Shown here one piece after another: positions 12,312 through 24,691 of a DNA stretch of 64,000 bases (the first letter of the stretch is position 1; every line of letters begins with the position of its first letter). Made by a program: the position numbers and the translations under genes. Under the pieces are notes generated by a model. That model was not told the DNA's origin, ran no database searches, and saw nothing but the letters and a program-made list of their open reading frames with translations. Source of the stretch: Octopus vulgaris (lineage: Eukaryota); assembly GCA_951406725.2 (NCBI GenBank), contig OX597822.1:23622001-23686000 (forward strand), given 5' to 3'.

Positions 12312-15300
12312 ATGAATAACAAAAGACAAAAACTTGACGTTCGTTCATTTCAAGATTCCTGGATAACTGAGTATGGATTTGTACAAATGATCGTGATGTG
12401 TGTGCATTCTGCTGTGAATCTGTCGTATGTCGTACATCAAGTGTACAGAGACATTATCAAACTAGACACCAGACTATATTAAAAACTCTGATGAGAAAAG
12501 AGAAGCCATAAAAAGGGTTATTTCTAGTTACAAAATAAAAAGCACTTCTGTTTTTGTTCAAATGCTTGGAACCAAAAATAAAGCCAACGAATGTAGATAC
12601 ACAAAGTAGTTTCTGAATGTATAGCTGAGAAAGGTAAACCTTTTACGGATGGAGAATTTATCAAAAAAGCTTTTCTGAGGAACGCTAAAAGTTTGTTTAG
12701 TGATTTACCAAACACCGAAACAATACTGTCCCGAATTCAAGAAATACCAACTTCTGCAAGATCAATTGAGAAACGGATAACTGATGTAGCCGCAGACAAC
12801 AATAAAACAAAAAATTGGATTACAAAAAGCTGCTGCATTCAGAGTCGCTATCGATTTAAGAACTGACGTGAATGACATGGCGCGCCTAGTAATTGTTGCA
12901 TGATACTGTGGCCATGATTGTATTTATGAAGAATTATGTTGATTGATTCCTCTTACCAATACAACTATAGGACAGGACATTCTGATTGCATTTATAAATT
13001 ATTTCGAAAATCAAACCATTAATATAAGTAAAATATATTGTATTACTACTGATGATGCACGCGCAATGTTTGGAAAGGAAAAAGAATTTGTTAAGCTTCT
13101 TGAAAATCATATTGGACGCAATGTAATAAGTTTTAATTGAATTATACATCAGGAAAATTTAGCTGCAAAAATTTCGTCACAAAGCTTGAGTTCTGTCATG
13201 GAGACTGTTAAAATAGCTAACTTCATAGATTCTAGCTCTTCACTGCCTCACTGACAATTTAAGACCCTTCTGCAAGAATTGGACAGCGAATATGCAGACC
13301 TCCCTCTATACAGTAATGTCCGTTAGCTTAGTCGGGGTAACGTTTTGAACAGATTTGTACCATACTTAGAAGAAATCAAAATATCTTTTGAAGAGAAATA
13401 TTTCCCAGAATTGAACAATGAAGACTGGTTATATAAATTGATGTTTCTAACTGACATAAGGAAACACTTGAATGATTTAAATTTGCATTTACAAAGGAGA
13501 GATCAAAAAGTACTTGTTCTTTTTGAATACTGGACAGGAATTTTGTTAAAATTAGATATTTTTTGGCGTGATGAAAGATGGGGTCAAGATACTGAAGGCC
13601 ACAAGAACTAACAAACTCAACTACTGGGGATATGGGATTGAACTCACTATCCAGGTGACAGTAGAGGATTTGAATAGGAATGCGGAGGAGATAGTACTAC
13701 CAGACGACTCGAGATTAAGAACGACGGTAGAGGGCAGGTCGCTTGTATATTGTAAATGTGGAGAGAAGGGCTACATGAAGGCATGGTGCACCCAGAAAAA
13801 GCAACAAGCAGAGCAGGTGGAGAGACAAGAGAGCGTGGACCAGGCAGAACAGGTCGAGGCAAAGGAAACAGAGGATGAATTTACTGTGGTAAAAAAAAAA
13901 GAAGGAGGAGCGGTTGGATAGGTTCTCTGCCAGAGAAACAGAAAAAGAAGAGAGAAGATATGAGAAAAGAAACTGTGAAGGAGGTCAGCAGAAAGGAAGA
14001 CAAAAAGATGACAGAGAACGAAAGTAAAAAGGAAGTGGAGTTACACGTAAAGTTACCAGTTGTTCAGGTGGAAAAGGATTCGGAAATTCAGCTGGCCGAA
14101 GAGGAGATGGAGAGACTATTTAGAGTGGAGGAGGAAAAGAGAGAACAAAGAATTCAAAATAAAGGAAAGAAAATACAAGGAGGAAATGGAGTATGGTATT
14201 ACGTGACCTACCCAACCCAAAGAATGTAGAAACAGAGAAGATAGTCAAGTTTAATCAAATAGTAAGAGTGAAAGTACCATCATACATATACGCAGAGGAT
14301 ATGAAGGCGATAGTGATGGGAAAAGAAAATTACAAGAAACTGGAATAAATGTGTGGGGATAGTATTGACCCACCAGGAGTGAGGGTGGAATTCAAAGAAT
14401 CGCCACCAGTAGTGGATTTAGTAGAAATTGAACCACTAATGAAATATTACTAAAAAGTAAATAAGTATGTTAAATTGACAGGAAAAAAAGAAAAGAAAAA
14501 AAGGAAAAAAGAAAGAGTAAAGTGTTTTGTTATAACTAAAAAATATTGAAAAATAGAGGAACAATTTTAGAGAATGTATATAACGGTTCAAATAATTGTA
14601 ATGGCTGACGATACTTAATTGTTTTGTAAATACATGATAAAAACGGACAGTTTAAAAAGATTAATGGTAATGCATGTGATGAGGGGCGCATGCAGCCATT
14701 CATAACCCCATTGTTATATAATCATCTCATTCATATTCGTTTTATGTATTGTCCCCTCTGTTGTGTCCTGTCTGTCTTTGTTTGTCCCCCTCTATTTCGG
14801 GCCCTTGTGGCTAATAAAAAAATCGACACTTAGCAATACTTACAAATACTTTGAAAATGTAAAAGCTTATTCAAATCGATTTAATGTTAATAAAAATGAA
14901 CTTCAAAAATACATTGCAACGTTGAAAGAAGAATTTTCCCAGCGAGGTAAAGATTTCGAAACTTACGCTCCAATATTATCTTTTCTCATCAAAGCCGACT
15001 TGATTGATTTGAAAATGAACCCATTTGATTTATCACTTTTTGAGTGGATGCACGTCGATAGTCTTGAAATGGAAATGATTGAATTAACAACTTCAGAATT
15101 GAGGAAAACAAAATTTGTGGAATTACGAAAAACTCTTGAAAGAAGCTGCTTGGAGAAGTCTGTTGCCATCTTCAGTTGCTGGATGTCGTTGCCTGAAAGA
15201 TTCAGTTCTTTGAAGAAAGTCTCATATGCTCTGCTTTCAGCCTTTGGTTCAGCATATACATGCGAACAGATTTTTTCGCATATGAAATCTGTTTTGAGTT

Positions 15301-15419
15301 CACAAAGAAGTTGTCTGACAATTCAATATTCGGAAGCTTCTGTGAAGCTAAAAGTCATAAATTATGCACCTGATATTGAGAAATTAAGCAAAAAATGTAC
15401 AGGGACAAGGTTCCATTAA
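12312..15419 (+). pseudogene. hAT transposase (GTF2IRD2/ZBED8-like family), frameshifted and interrupted at 13568-14823
   Basis: N-terminal CxxC...RHYQTRH zinc finger, GKPFTDGEFIKK, SNVR*LSRG, WLYKLMFLTDI, C-terminal dimerisation motif FGSAYTCEQIFSHMK. Confidence 0.85.
13568..14823 (+). mobile_element. 5'-truncated ORF1-only Tx1/L1-like retroelement inside the hAT transposase
   Basis: VEGRSLVYCKCGEKGYMKAWC (degenerate CX2CX4HX4C knuckle) followed by an E/K-rich region; no RT; ends in a SINE-A-like tail at 14762-14823. Confidence 0.7.
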
Positions 15420-16234
15420 TTTATACAAATTTAATGTAATTGCTGTTTATAACTTCTTTATAATTTTGTTCTGTTGTTTATAATCTGAAATTTTTTAAAA
15501 ATTAATTTTTTTAATAAAATTATATTTGTTTCCATGCAATTTGAATTATTAGAGGATTAATAAAATAGATTTCTGTTACTGCGAGTTTCAACAGCATAAA
15601 CTCTAATAATAAAAGCAGTAATATGAAGTTGGCACGCGCAATGATTTTGATAGATTTTGATAGATTTGGCATTCCATTATAAAAAGGTTGCCGACGTGAC
15701 CAACCTATTTATAGAGGCATATAGCACCATATTATCCCGTGTGTCTTTTCTTTTCACAAAGCTGTAAGGTACGATTTAGTTGTTATTTTTAACGCAGAGT
15801 GCAGAGTGTCGCTCGTTGTTTCACGGCTCTTTTTGTTTTTGCTTTTGTTCTTTATGTTTCTTTCCTGTTGTTGTTGCTATTACCGCTGCTGTTGATTGCG
15901 ATTGTTGCTAGCATAAGCTGAACGACATGTAACACGGTCGCTTCGCAACTTATTTGCAACGAAACGAGATATTTCTGTCGATCCATATTACTATGTTAGA
16001 CTCGTGACCTGACACTCAAGCAGTACAGTAATACATACATACATACATACATACATACATACATACATACATACATACATACATGCATACATACATACAT
16101 ACATGCATGCATGCATACATACATACATACATACATACATACATACATACATACACGTATGAAACTTATGCAGGTTTATATGTGTACATGTTTGTATGCA
16201 TGCATGTATATATATGTATGTACGTAGGTGTGTA

Positions 16235-16814
16235 CGAGGTCTGATCAATAAGTATACGGACTGTTGCCATAGAAACAAAGCTAAAGCACACAGAGTGAAG
16301 CCGCTTAGCAAAGAATAACCGTGAACTCTGTTGTGCATGCACACTACGTTTTGACGTTCTACCTCACTGCCACTGTTTACAGCAGTGCTTGGAAGGAAGG
16401 TGTGTAGCGTGTTATCGTTGCATTGACCATGACAGAGAAAGCTGTCGTGGCAATACCTGCTTAGAGGGCTAAACAAAGTTGCAGAAAGTGTATGGAGAGG
16501 CGTGTATGAGCTGCACACAAATATACGAGTGGTTTAGACATTTCCACGATAACCGAAAAAGTGTCGATTTTGGCGAACGTTCTGAGAGACCCGCAACCAC
16601 CAGAACTGAGAAAAACATCGCAGATGTGCGTGCAGCTGTGAGGGTAAATCATCGAACCACTATAACTGAGATATCAGAGGATGTACAGATTAGTCACGGT
16701 TCAGTTCAGTCCATTATCACCGAAGATTTGGATATGGGACGCGTGTCCGATAAGTTTCTGCGAAAACTGTCACGAACGATGAAAACTTTTTGGAAAGTTT
16801 GCGTAGGCCTCTGA
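16235..16814 (+). mobile_element. Mariner transposon 5' fragment
   Basis: TA plus TIR CGAGGTCTGATCAATAAGTA; transposase HTH fragment follows. Confidence 0.8.
16479..16814 (+). pseudogene. Mariner transposase N-terminal HTH fragment
   Basis: VYGEACMSCTQIYEWFRHF...RSERPAT...ISHGSVQSIITEDL. Confidence 0.85.
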
Positions 16815-17051
16815 GCAGTGGGGATGACTCTCTCAAATCACCGGGTGTTTAACCACCCAAAAGTCATGAACAGGCGAAAAAGCAAATGGTTTTTACACTA
16901 TCTTGATATATACTCATGGACAGGCAATTCAGTTCACCTTCAATTTGGTTCAGGTATGTGATGTTGTTAAGCCACAAAAATGGCAAAATATCGACGTCCA
17001 TCGTTCCTATATGGGATTTGGAGTGAGTTGTGTCGCAGGACATATACAGTG

Positions 17052-17128
<77 letters not shown>

Positions 17129-17247
17129 GTATATATATATATATTTATATATATAGAGATACATTTATATATATATATATATATAATATATTATATATAT
17201 ATATATATATATTATATATTTATATTATATATATACATATTTATATT

Positions 17248-17303
<56 letters not shown>

Positions 17304-17341
17304 CATACATACATACATATATATATATATTTTATATATGA

Positions 17342-17532
17342 TTCGCCATGATAGATCGCTAGCCACTACACTTTCTTTATTTTCTCTCCTTGTTTCTTTC
17401 TGTGTTCCTTTCTGTGGAAGAGCGTAGGCTCGAAACGTTAAAGACATTTTTCAGTTCCCGAGCGTTATAATAATACATGCTTGTTGCCTACACCACCTGC
17501 TGTCTTCATTTTCTGTTTTTTTGTGTGAATTC

Positions 17533-17537
<5 letters not shown>
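17342..17537 (+). mobile_element. Solo PLE pseudo-LTR with an A6U hammerhead variant
   Basis: CTTT-CTGTGGA-A-GAGC GTAG GCTC-GAAA-C-GTT-AAAG at 17408-17443; homologous to the 3' end of the PLE at 42388-42600. Confidence 0.75.
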
Positions 17538-17594
<57 letters not shown>

Positions 17595-17601
<7 letters not shown>

Positions 17602-18172
17602 ACAATATAATAAATAAATAAAATATATGCATATATACGTACATATTTGTACATACATACATCTACATGTATATATACAAGCATATATATATATATATGA
17701 GTACAGGACACCACAAATAAACGTAGAACGCAACGAGAAACGAAAACATAAAATCAAACAAGGAAACGGACTTTTTTTAGCAACGAAAAAACAGAGTACA
17801 GGACAAACAATACAAGGGAAATTCCCTTCATCAGCTGCCTCTGGTTCGACTCAATGCGTGTTTCGAAGGTAAGGGCAGAACACGGCCAAGCCGAAGTAGT
17901 CCTTCCTGCAAAAGGAATTAAATAAAATTCTTTTGCAGAGGGGTAAAACAAGTGACTTCCTTTTGCAGGAAGGATTGCTTCGGCCTGGCCGTGTTCTGCC
18001 CTTACCTTCGAAACACGCATTGAGTCGAACCAGGGGCAGCTGATGAAGGGGAATTTTCCTTGTATTGTTTGTCCTGTACTCTGTTTTTTCGTTGTTAAAA
18101 AAAGTCCGTTTCCTTGTTTGATTTTATGTTTTCGTTTCTCGTTGCGTTCTACGTTTATTTGTGGTGTCCTAC

Positions 18173-18249
<77 letters not shown>

Positions 18250-18331
18250 TTGTATATATACATGTAGATGTAAGTATGTACATATATGTAAGTAGATATG
18301 CATATATTTTATTTATTATATTGTTATTATA
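17595..18331. repeat. Near-perfect fold-back (inverted repeat), PLE-like
   Basis: Arms 17595-17917 and 17957-18331, 39-bp spacer. Confidence 0.9.
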
Positions 18332-18518
18332 TGACCGAACGCACGATTCGTTTCTCTTCAAGTAAATTTATATATATATATATAGGGAGAGAGAGAGAGA
18401 GAGACAGAGAGAGAGAAAGAGAGAGAGAGAGAGTAAAATGAATGGTTCATACCTGGTAGCTTACTGGTAAAGCACGATCACTTTCACAGTGTTCAGTGTG
18501 TATATGATAAATGAAAGA

Positions 18519-18751
18519 TAGAAGATGGAATATACGAAAATTTATTATTAATCACGACAATTATTTCGACACATCTAACATCAATCCCTCACGGGTGGGA
18601 GACTTAACAACTGGTTCAGGAGCATCTGACGGTGCAGATGTGTCTCATTGGGTAATAAATAGAAACAACCGGTGGGGGATCGATGCTAGATATGTCGAAA
18701 TAATTGTCGTGATTAATAAATTCTCGTATATTCGATCTTCTGTTTATCATT
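18519..18751. repeat. Fold-back inverted repeat, arms about 80 bp
   Basis: AATCACGACAATTATTTCGACA / TGTCGAAATAATTGTCGTGATT. Confidence 0.8.
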
Positions 18752-18753
18752 TA

Positions 18754-18807
<54 letters not shown>

Positions 18808-19067
18808 ACACACACACACACATATTTTCCATTGCGCATCATCTTGGGCAAGTATCTTCTACTATAACCACAACCCGACTAATGCATTGTGGGTGAGTTT
18901 GGTAGACGGAAACCGTGTGGTATCTCGTTGTATGTGTGTATATGCGTTTGTGTGTTTGTGTGTGTGGTCATAGATAGATAGAGAAATAGATAGACAGAGA
19001 GACAGGTTGACAGACATATAGATAGACATATAGACAGATTGAGAGTTAGATAAATAGACAGACAGAC

Positions 19068-19110
<43 letters not shown>

Positions 19111-19134
19111 ATAGACATACATACATTCAAAATG

Positions 19135-19273
<139 letters not shown>

Positions 19274-19689
19274 CATATTGATGATAGAAGATATTTAGAC
19301 ATATAGAATGATAGATAGATTGGCAGACAGACAGGAAAACAGAAGGGCAAGAGAAGAAAGTTTATCTCTTTGCTTTCTTTTTTAAGCCACCAAAATAAAG
19401 AGAAAAAGCGTCACCTTATATATAGAAGAGGTATTTAGAAGTTATGCTCTGTGGTTCCTTTACAGACGTTGAAAGGATGGCTTCTCGTATTTCTCGACAG
19501 CAAAGCACGAACGTCTACCATCTTTAAAGTACATCGCAACAGGCATAGAATTGCGTTTCGAAAACTTTACCGTCCTCTCACCTTATCTCGCTTTCGCTTT
19601 CTCCATCTACCTCTGTCTATCAGCCTACTGCTTCCACTCGGTTTCTCCCCCTCTCTCTCTTTCTCTCACTCTCTGCGCTCTCTCTGTGA

Positions 19690-19813
<124 letters not shown>

Positions 19814-19928
19814 GTCTCTCCCTCCATATCTATCTACCTACGTATCTATCTGTCTGTCTGCCTCGCTATCCATCCTTATTTTTTTACATACACACACATA
19901 TGTATGTATGTGTTTGTATGTGCGTGTG

Positions 19929-19998
<70 letters not shown>

Positions 19999-20013
19999 TG
20001 TATATATATATAT

Positions 20014-20306
20014 AGCTTGGGTTTCAGGGGACCACAGCTCTTCAATATCCTTCCTAAATGCCTGAGAGACCTGCATGGTGTGGATGTGGGTTTCTTTAAA
20101 ACTAAACTCGATCTCTTTTTGTCAGGGGTTCCAGATGAACCTACCTCTCTGCAGGAAACACAGATATGGGCAGCGTCGTCGAACTCCCTTGTTGACCAAG
20201 TGCCACGTATCAGAGCGGGTTTCACATACTACTGTAGCACAATCAACGGTGGTGCCCCAGCATGACCGCAGCTTTCGGGCCGAAACAATTTTAAGGATTT
20301 AAGGAC
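20014..20306 (+). mobile_element. CR1/L2-group LINE 3' end
   Basis: SLGFRGPQLFNILPKCLRDL...FKTKLDLFLSGVPDEP (RT C-terminus); ends GGTGCCCCAGCATGACCGCAG..GAAACAA then (TTTAAGGA)2. Confidence 0.75.
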
Positions 20307-20736
20307 ATATACATTTTTCTTCTACTATTTTCTTTTCTTCTAATTATTCTATTCTACTATTTTCTTCTATTATTCTGTTTCCTTGAAAAATTCCCCTAGG
20401 CGTTACTCCTTACAATTCGTAGTGGCCTAACGGCCCTTTATGCTTGCTTTCGTCGATTGTTTACTCTGTACGTCCACTATGTCGTTGTTTGTTCGTTCGA
20501 AGCTCTAACTCTCCATGGATTTCATATATTTAAAATTTCTGGATGCTGCTATCTTATGAAATTCCCTATATTGTCATTAAAAGCACGAAATAGAGAGTAA
20601 TAAACAGTCCGACAACTGATGAGGCGTTATCTTCTTTTTGTCCTGTGCCTTTCCCTCGTGTGTTTACGTATTTTTCACTCGTTGGTGATGTCCTGTACAC
20701 AATGTGTATTTTTCATTTATATATATATATATATAT

Positions 20737-20912
20737 CACGTGATCACGTGACCGACCAGTCCATCAGATGTAGTTACACATCGCTGGTCACAACGCGTTC
20801 GCATTGTTTTAGCCTTCGAATGACGCCACCCCGCTGGCTAAGCGAGCAGGCCAACAGAAGAAAGAGTGGGAGAAAGAGTGGTGAAAGAGTACAGCAGGGA
20901 TCGTCACCACCC
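20737..20912 (-). mobile_element. SINE-C 3' half
   Basis: Reverse complement of about 31545-31700. Confidence 0.75.
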
Positions 20913-21059
20913 ATATATATATATATATATATAAATACATTTTTCTATCGTATAGGGTTAACAGCCCTCACCGTATATTTTTACTGTTTTGTTCTCATTG
21001 TCCTGTTCTTGTTACCACTTTCACCCAAATTTATTTAATTTGCTTTGCGGGAACGATTG

Positions 21060-21331
21060 TGTCTAAGAAGTCGTGTATTGTCCTTGCCTTCGTAACGCAG
21101 AGTAGATGAAACAGGGACAACTGAAGAATGGTAACATTCTTTATGTTGTATGTCTCATTTCTCTGTTTTATTTCGTTGTTCCAAAAACAGTTCGTTTTCT
21201 ATGTTTTTGTTTTTATGTTTTCGTTTCTCGTTGTGTTCAACGTTGTTTTGATGTCCTGTACCCATATATGCATGTATCTATACAAATATATATAGGTATG
21301 TATATATATGTAAGAATATATGCATATATTC

Positions 21332-21340
<9 letters not shown>
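21060..21340 (+). mobile_element. Diverged relative of the 17595-18331 arm
   Basis: TTTTATGTTTTCGTTTCTCGTTG and GATGTCCTGTAC shared. Confidence 0.6.
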
Positions 21341-21389
<49 letters not shown>

Positions 21390-22504
21390 CACACACATTT
21401 ATGTGAATGATGTGTGAGAATGTATGTATGTTTGCACGTATGTATAAGCTACCGCGTTTGTATATGTAAACATATATCATCCTCTTTATCGTCATTGAAC
21501 GTCCGTGTGTCATGTCGGCATGGATTGGCTGCTTTAACAGGATCCGATGAGTCCAAGGACTGCATTATGCATGTTTCGGCATCTACTTAAACATGGTTTC
21601 TATGTCTAGAAACTCTTCTTAACGCCAATCTACTTTACACACGTACTGGTTGCAGTTTTTGTGTCACCAGAACCACTGAGGTTACCTAAACAAGCCATTC
21701 TCTCTTTCTTATAGTGTAACATTTATTCTTTCAAATTTCTTTTCTTCGTTTTCCATTATTCTCCTTTTTATAACTTCAATTGTCTCTTTATTCTTTCCTC
21801 GTCGCCTTTCGCTCTCTTTTTACTCTTTCTCAAAATTTTCCCCATCTCCATTCTTTCCAATATTCCTCCATTTTTCATTATTCATTCAGCTTGTTTATTT
21901 TTCATCACCTTCGAACTCTAAATCTCTCATTCAATTTCTATCCATTTTCGTTTTTTCTTCTCCTTCTCTCCTTCTCTTCCTTTTCTTTCTCTTACACTTT
22001 CTCCCTCTTCTTTTTCTATACTTTCTTTGGTCTTCATCTCTCCCTCTCTTTCTTTCTCTTTATATTTCCTTCATTCATCTTTCTTTATCCCTTATTGTTA
22101 TCCGTCTTTTCACCCTTCTTACATTGTTTTCTTTTCCTCCCACTCCTTTTTATTTCTGTCTTTCTCGTTTCCATTCTTTCTATCTTCCTTTGCTTCTTCA
22201 TTGAATTCGCTTTTTCGGTGTGTTTTTTCTGCCTGCCAGTCTCGAATTCTAAGACTCCCATCCATTTTCCTATTCTATCTTCTTTCCTCCGTGCGTCCTA
22301 GTTTTATTTTATCATCTTTTCCCCATTTTTCCCCCCATTTTTATTTTTATCTTTATCGTCTGCTTTATTCAATGTTATATGCCAAACTTACACTTGCTAT
22401 AAATAGCAGCCGATACTGAGGTCAGTATATTCTGATGTAAAATAACATACATTTGTTATGTTTACTTAGGTGTCGTTACCTTCCCTTCCTTAAACGCGGA
22501 TGTC

Positions 22505-22538
<34 letters not shown>

Positions 22539-22576
22539 TGTATGTGTGGGTATACACATACGTATGTATACTTTTG

Positions 22577-22615
<39 letters not shown>

Positions 22616-22785
22616 TGTGTGTATGTATGCACACGACTGTACATACATGTATGCAAATACAGGGCCGTATGACTGAATATTTGTCTGAAACACACGCACA
22701 TGCGCACACGCGCACGCACACACACATTTGTATGTATAAATATATATACATATCATTTACAATGTGAACGTATGTGTATATATAC

Positions 22786-22822
<37 letters not shown>

Positions 22823-23303
22823 GTTGCGTGATGTGGTGTAGTTGTGTGTGTGTATTTCTGTGTGTATGTGTGTATGTATGTGTGTGTGTGTGTGTGTTTG
22901 TGTGCGTGTGTGTGTGTTTGTGTGTGTGAATGTAATCCTTTTGATGCCGTGAGGCCGTGACTTGGGAAACTGTTTCCTCTTCAGAAACCATTTTGGTTTG
23001 TAATTCTAGAGTTTAATGCTATAATATTTTACACTCGTTGATAATTTGTTTATAAACAAAAATAAAAAAAAGGAAAATAAGTGGGGTGTGTGGAGGTGGG
23101 ACACTTTAGTGAAATGACAGAAAGGCTAGTATGGTTGTGTAGTTAAGAAACTCGCTTTGCATCCACGTGGTTTCAGGTTCAATCCCACTGTGCGTCACAC
23201 TGGGCAAGTGTTCCTTTACTGTAGTCCCGAACAGACCAATGCCTTGTGAGTGACTTTGGTTGACGGAAACTGCGTGGAAGTCCATCGCGAGCGCGCGCAT
23301 GTG

Positions 23304-23365
<62 letters not shown>

Positions 23366-23372
23366 TGTGTGT

Positions 23373-23708
23373 ATTCTTTTATTCTTTTATTTGTTTCAGT
23401 CATTTGACTGCGGCCATGCTGGAGCCCCGCCTTTAGTCGAGCAAATCGATACCAGAACTTACTCTTTGTATGCCTAGTACTATCGATATCTTTTGCAGAA
23501 CCGCAAAGTTACGGAGACGTAAACACACCAGCATCGGTTGTCAAGCGATGATGAGGGGACAAACACAGATACACAAACATATGCATACAAATATATATAT
23601 ATATATAAATATAGTAGAAGACATTCGTCCAAGGTTCCACGCAGTGGGACTGAACCCGGAACTATGTGGTTGGTAAGCAAGCTACTTACCACACAGCCAC
23701 ACCTGCAC
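23373..23708 (-). mobile_element. SINE-B copy with an intact head
   Basis: Head GGTTGGTAAGCAAGCTACTTACCACACAGCCAC shows the empty target site. Confidence 0.85.
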
Positions 23709-23797
<89 letters not shown>

Positions 23798-23964
23798 AAT
23801 TCCAGTGAAATCCGTAAAGGTAGAGTCAGTAAATCCAGTGGTAATCAGAGTGGAGTACTGGATGAGAAGAGGTGCTGAAAGCTCGGGAAGCGGTTAAGAT
23901 AAGCAAGTCCAAAGAGTAGGAGATTCAGTCGGGATCAAACTGGAATAACCAGGTGGGCGTCTAA

Positions 23965-24368
23965 TATATAGTTGAAATTTATAGAAAAACAAATATGAAG
24001 ATTGGTGTTCGAACAACAAGCAAATGTATTAGTTTGACGCTCGGGAAAAATGAAAATATCTCTTATGCTTCAAGCCTACGGTCTTGAACAGAAAGGAATA
24101 AGAGGAAATAAACAGCGAGAGAATGGCCTGCTCGCTCAAGACGTTTTTTTTTTCATTCTCACTCTGTTTATTCTCTCTTATTCCTCGCTTAACTGAACAC
24201 GTTTTTTTCATTCTCTCTCTATTTTCTCTTATTCCTTTCCATTGAAGAGCGTAGGCTCGAAACGTAAAATACATTTTCATTTTTCCCGAGCGTCACATTA
24301 ATACACTTGTTTCTTGTTCATACACCTGTTTTCGTCTTTTGTTTTTTCTGTAAATTTCAGCTATATAT
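23965..24368. mobile_element. Inverted pair of PLE pseudo-LTRs
   Basis: 23965-24120 is the reverse complement of about 24215-24368; GAAGAGCGTAGGCTCGAAACGTA at 24244-24266. Confidence 0.75.
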
Positions 24369-24382
24369 ATATATACGTACAA

Positions 24383-24691
24383 AATTAAGAGGAATGATCA
24401 CTAAAGTGGACACCTTATATGCTAAACATAGACGTCAAATCGCCATTACCACGAAGAATGCGTTCTCACGAAAAAAATCTCAGCAAAACGCCAAAATGTA
24501 AAAATGAGTAAGACAAATGAAAACATACGAAATAAAAACGAGCGTTTTTGTTTTCATTTGTCTTACTCATTTTTACATTTTGGCGTTTTGCTGAGATTTT
24601 TTTCGTGAGAAAGCATTCTTCGTGGTAATGGCGATTTGACGTCTATGTTTAGCATATAAGGTGTCCACTTTAGTGGTCATTCCTCTTAATT
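24383..24691. repeat. Near-perfect fold-back, 143-bp arms
   Basis: Arms 24383-24525 and 24549-24691. Confidence 0.92.

Noticed and set aside
14763-15419. Domesticated GTF2IRD2/ZBED-like host gene
   Set aside because: The ORF start comes from an inserted tail; the upstream transposase has stops and frameshifts, and element ends are present.
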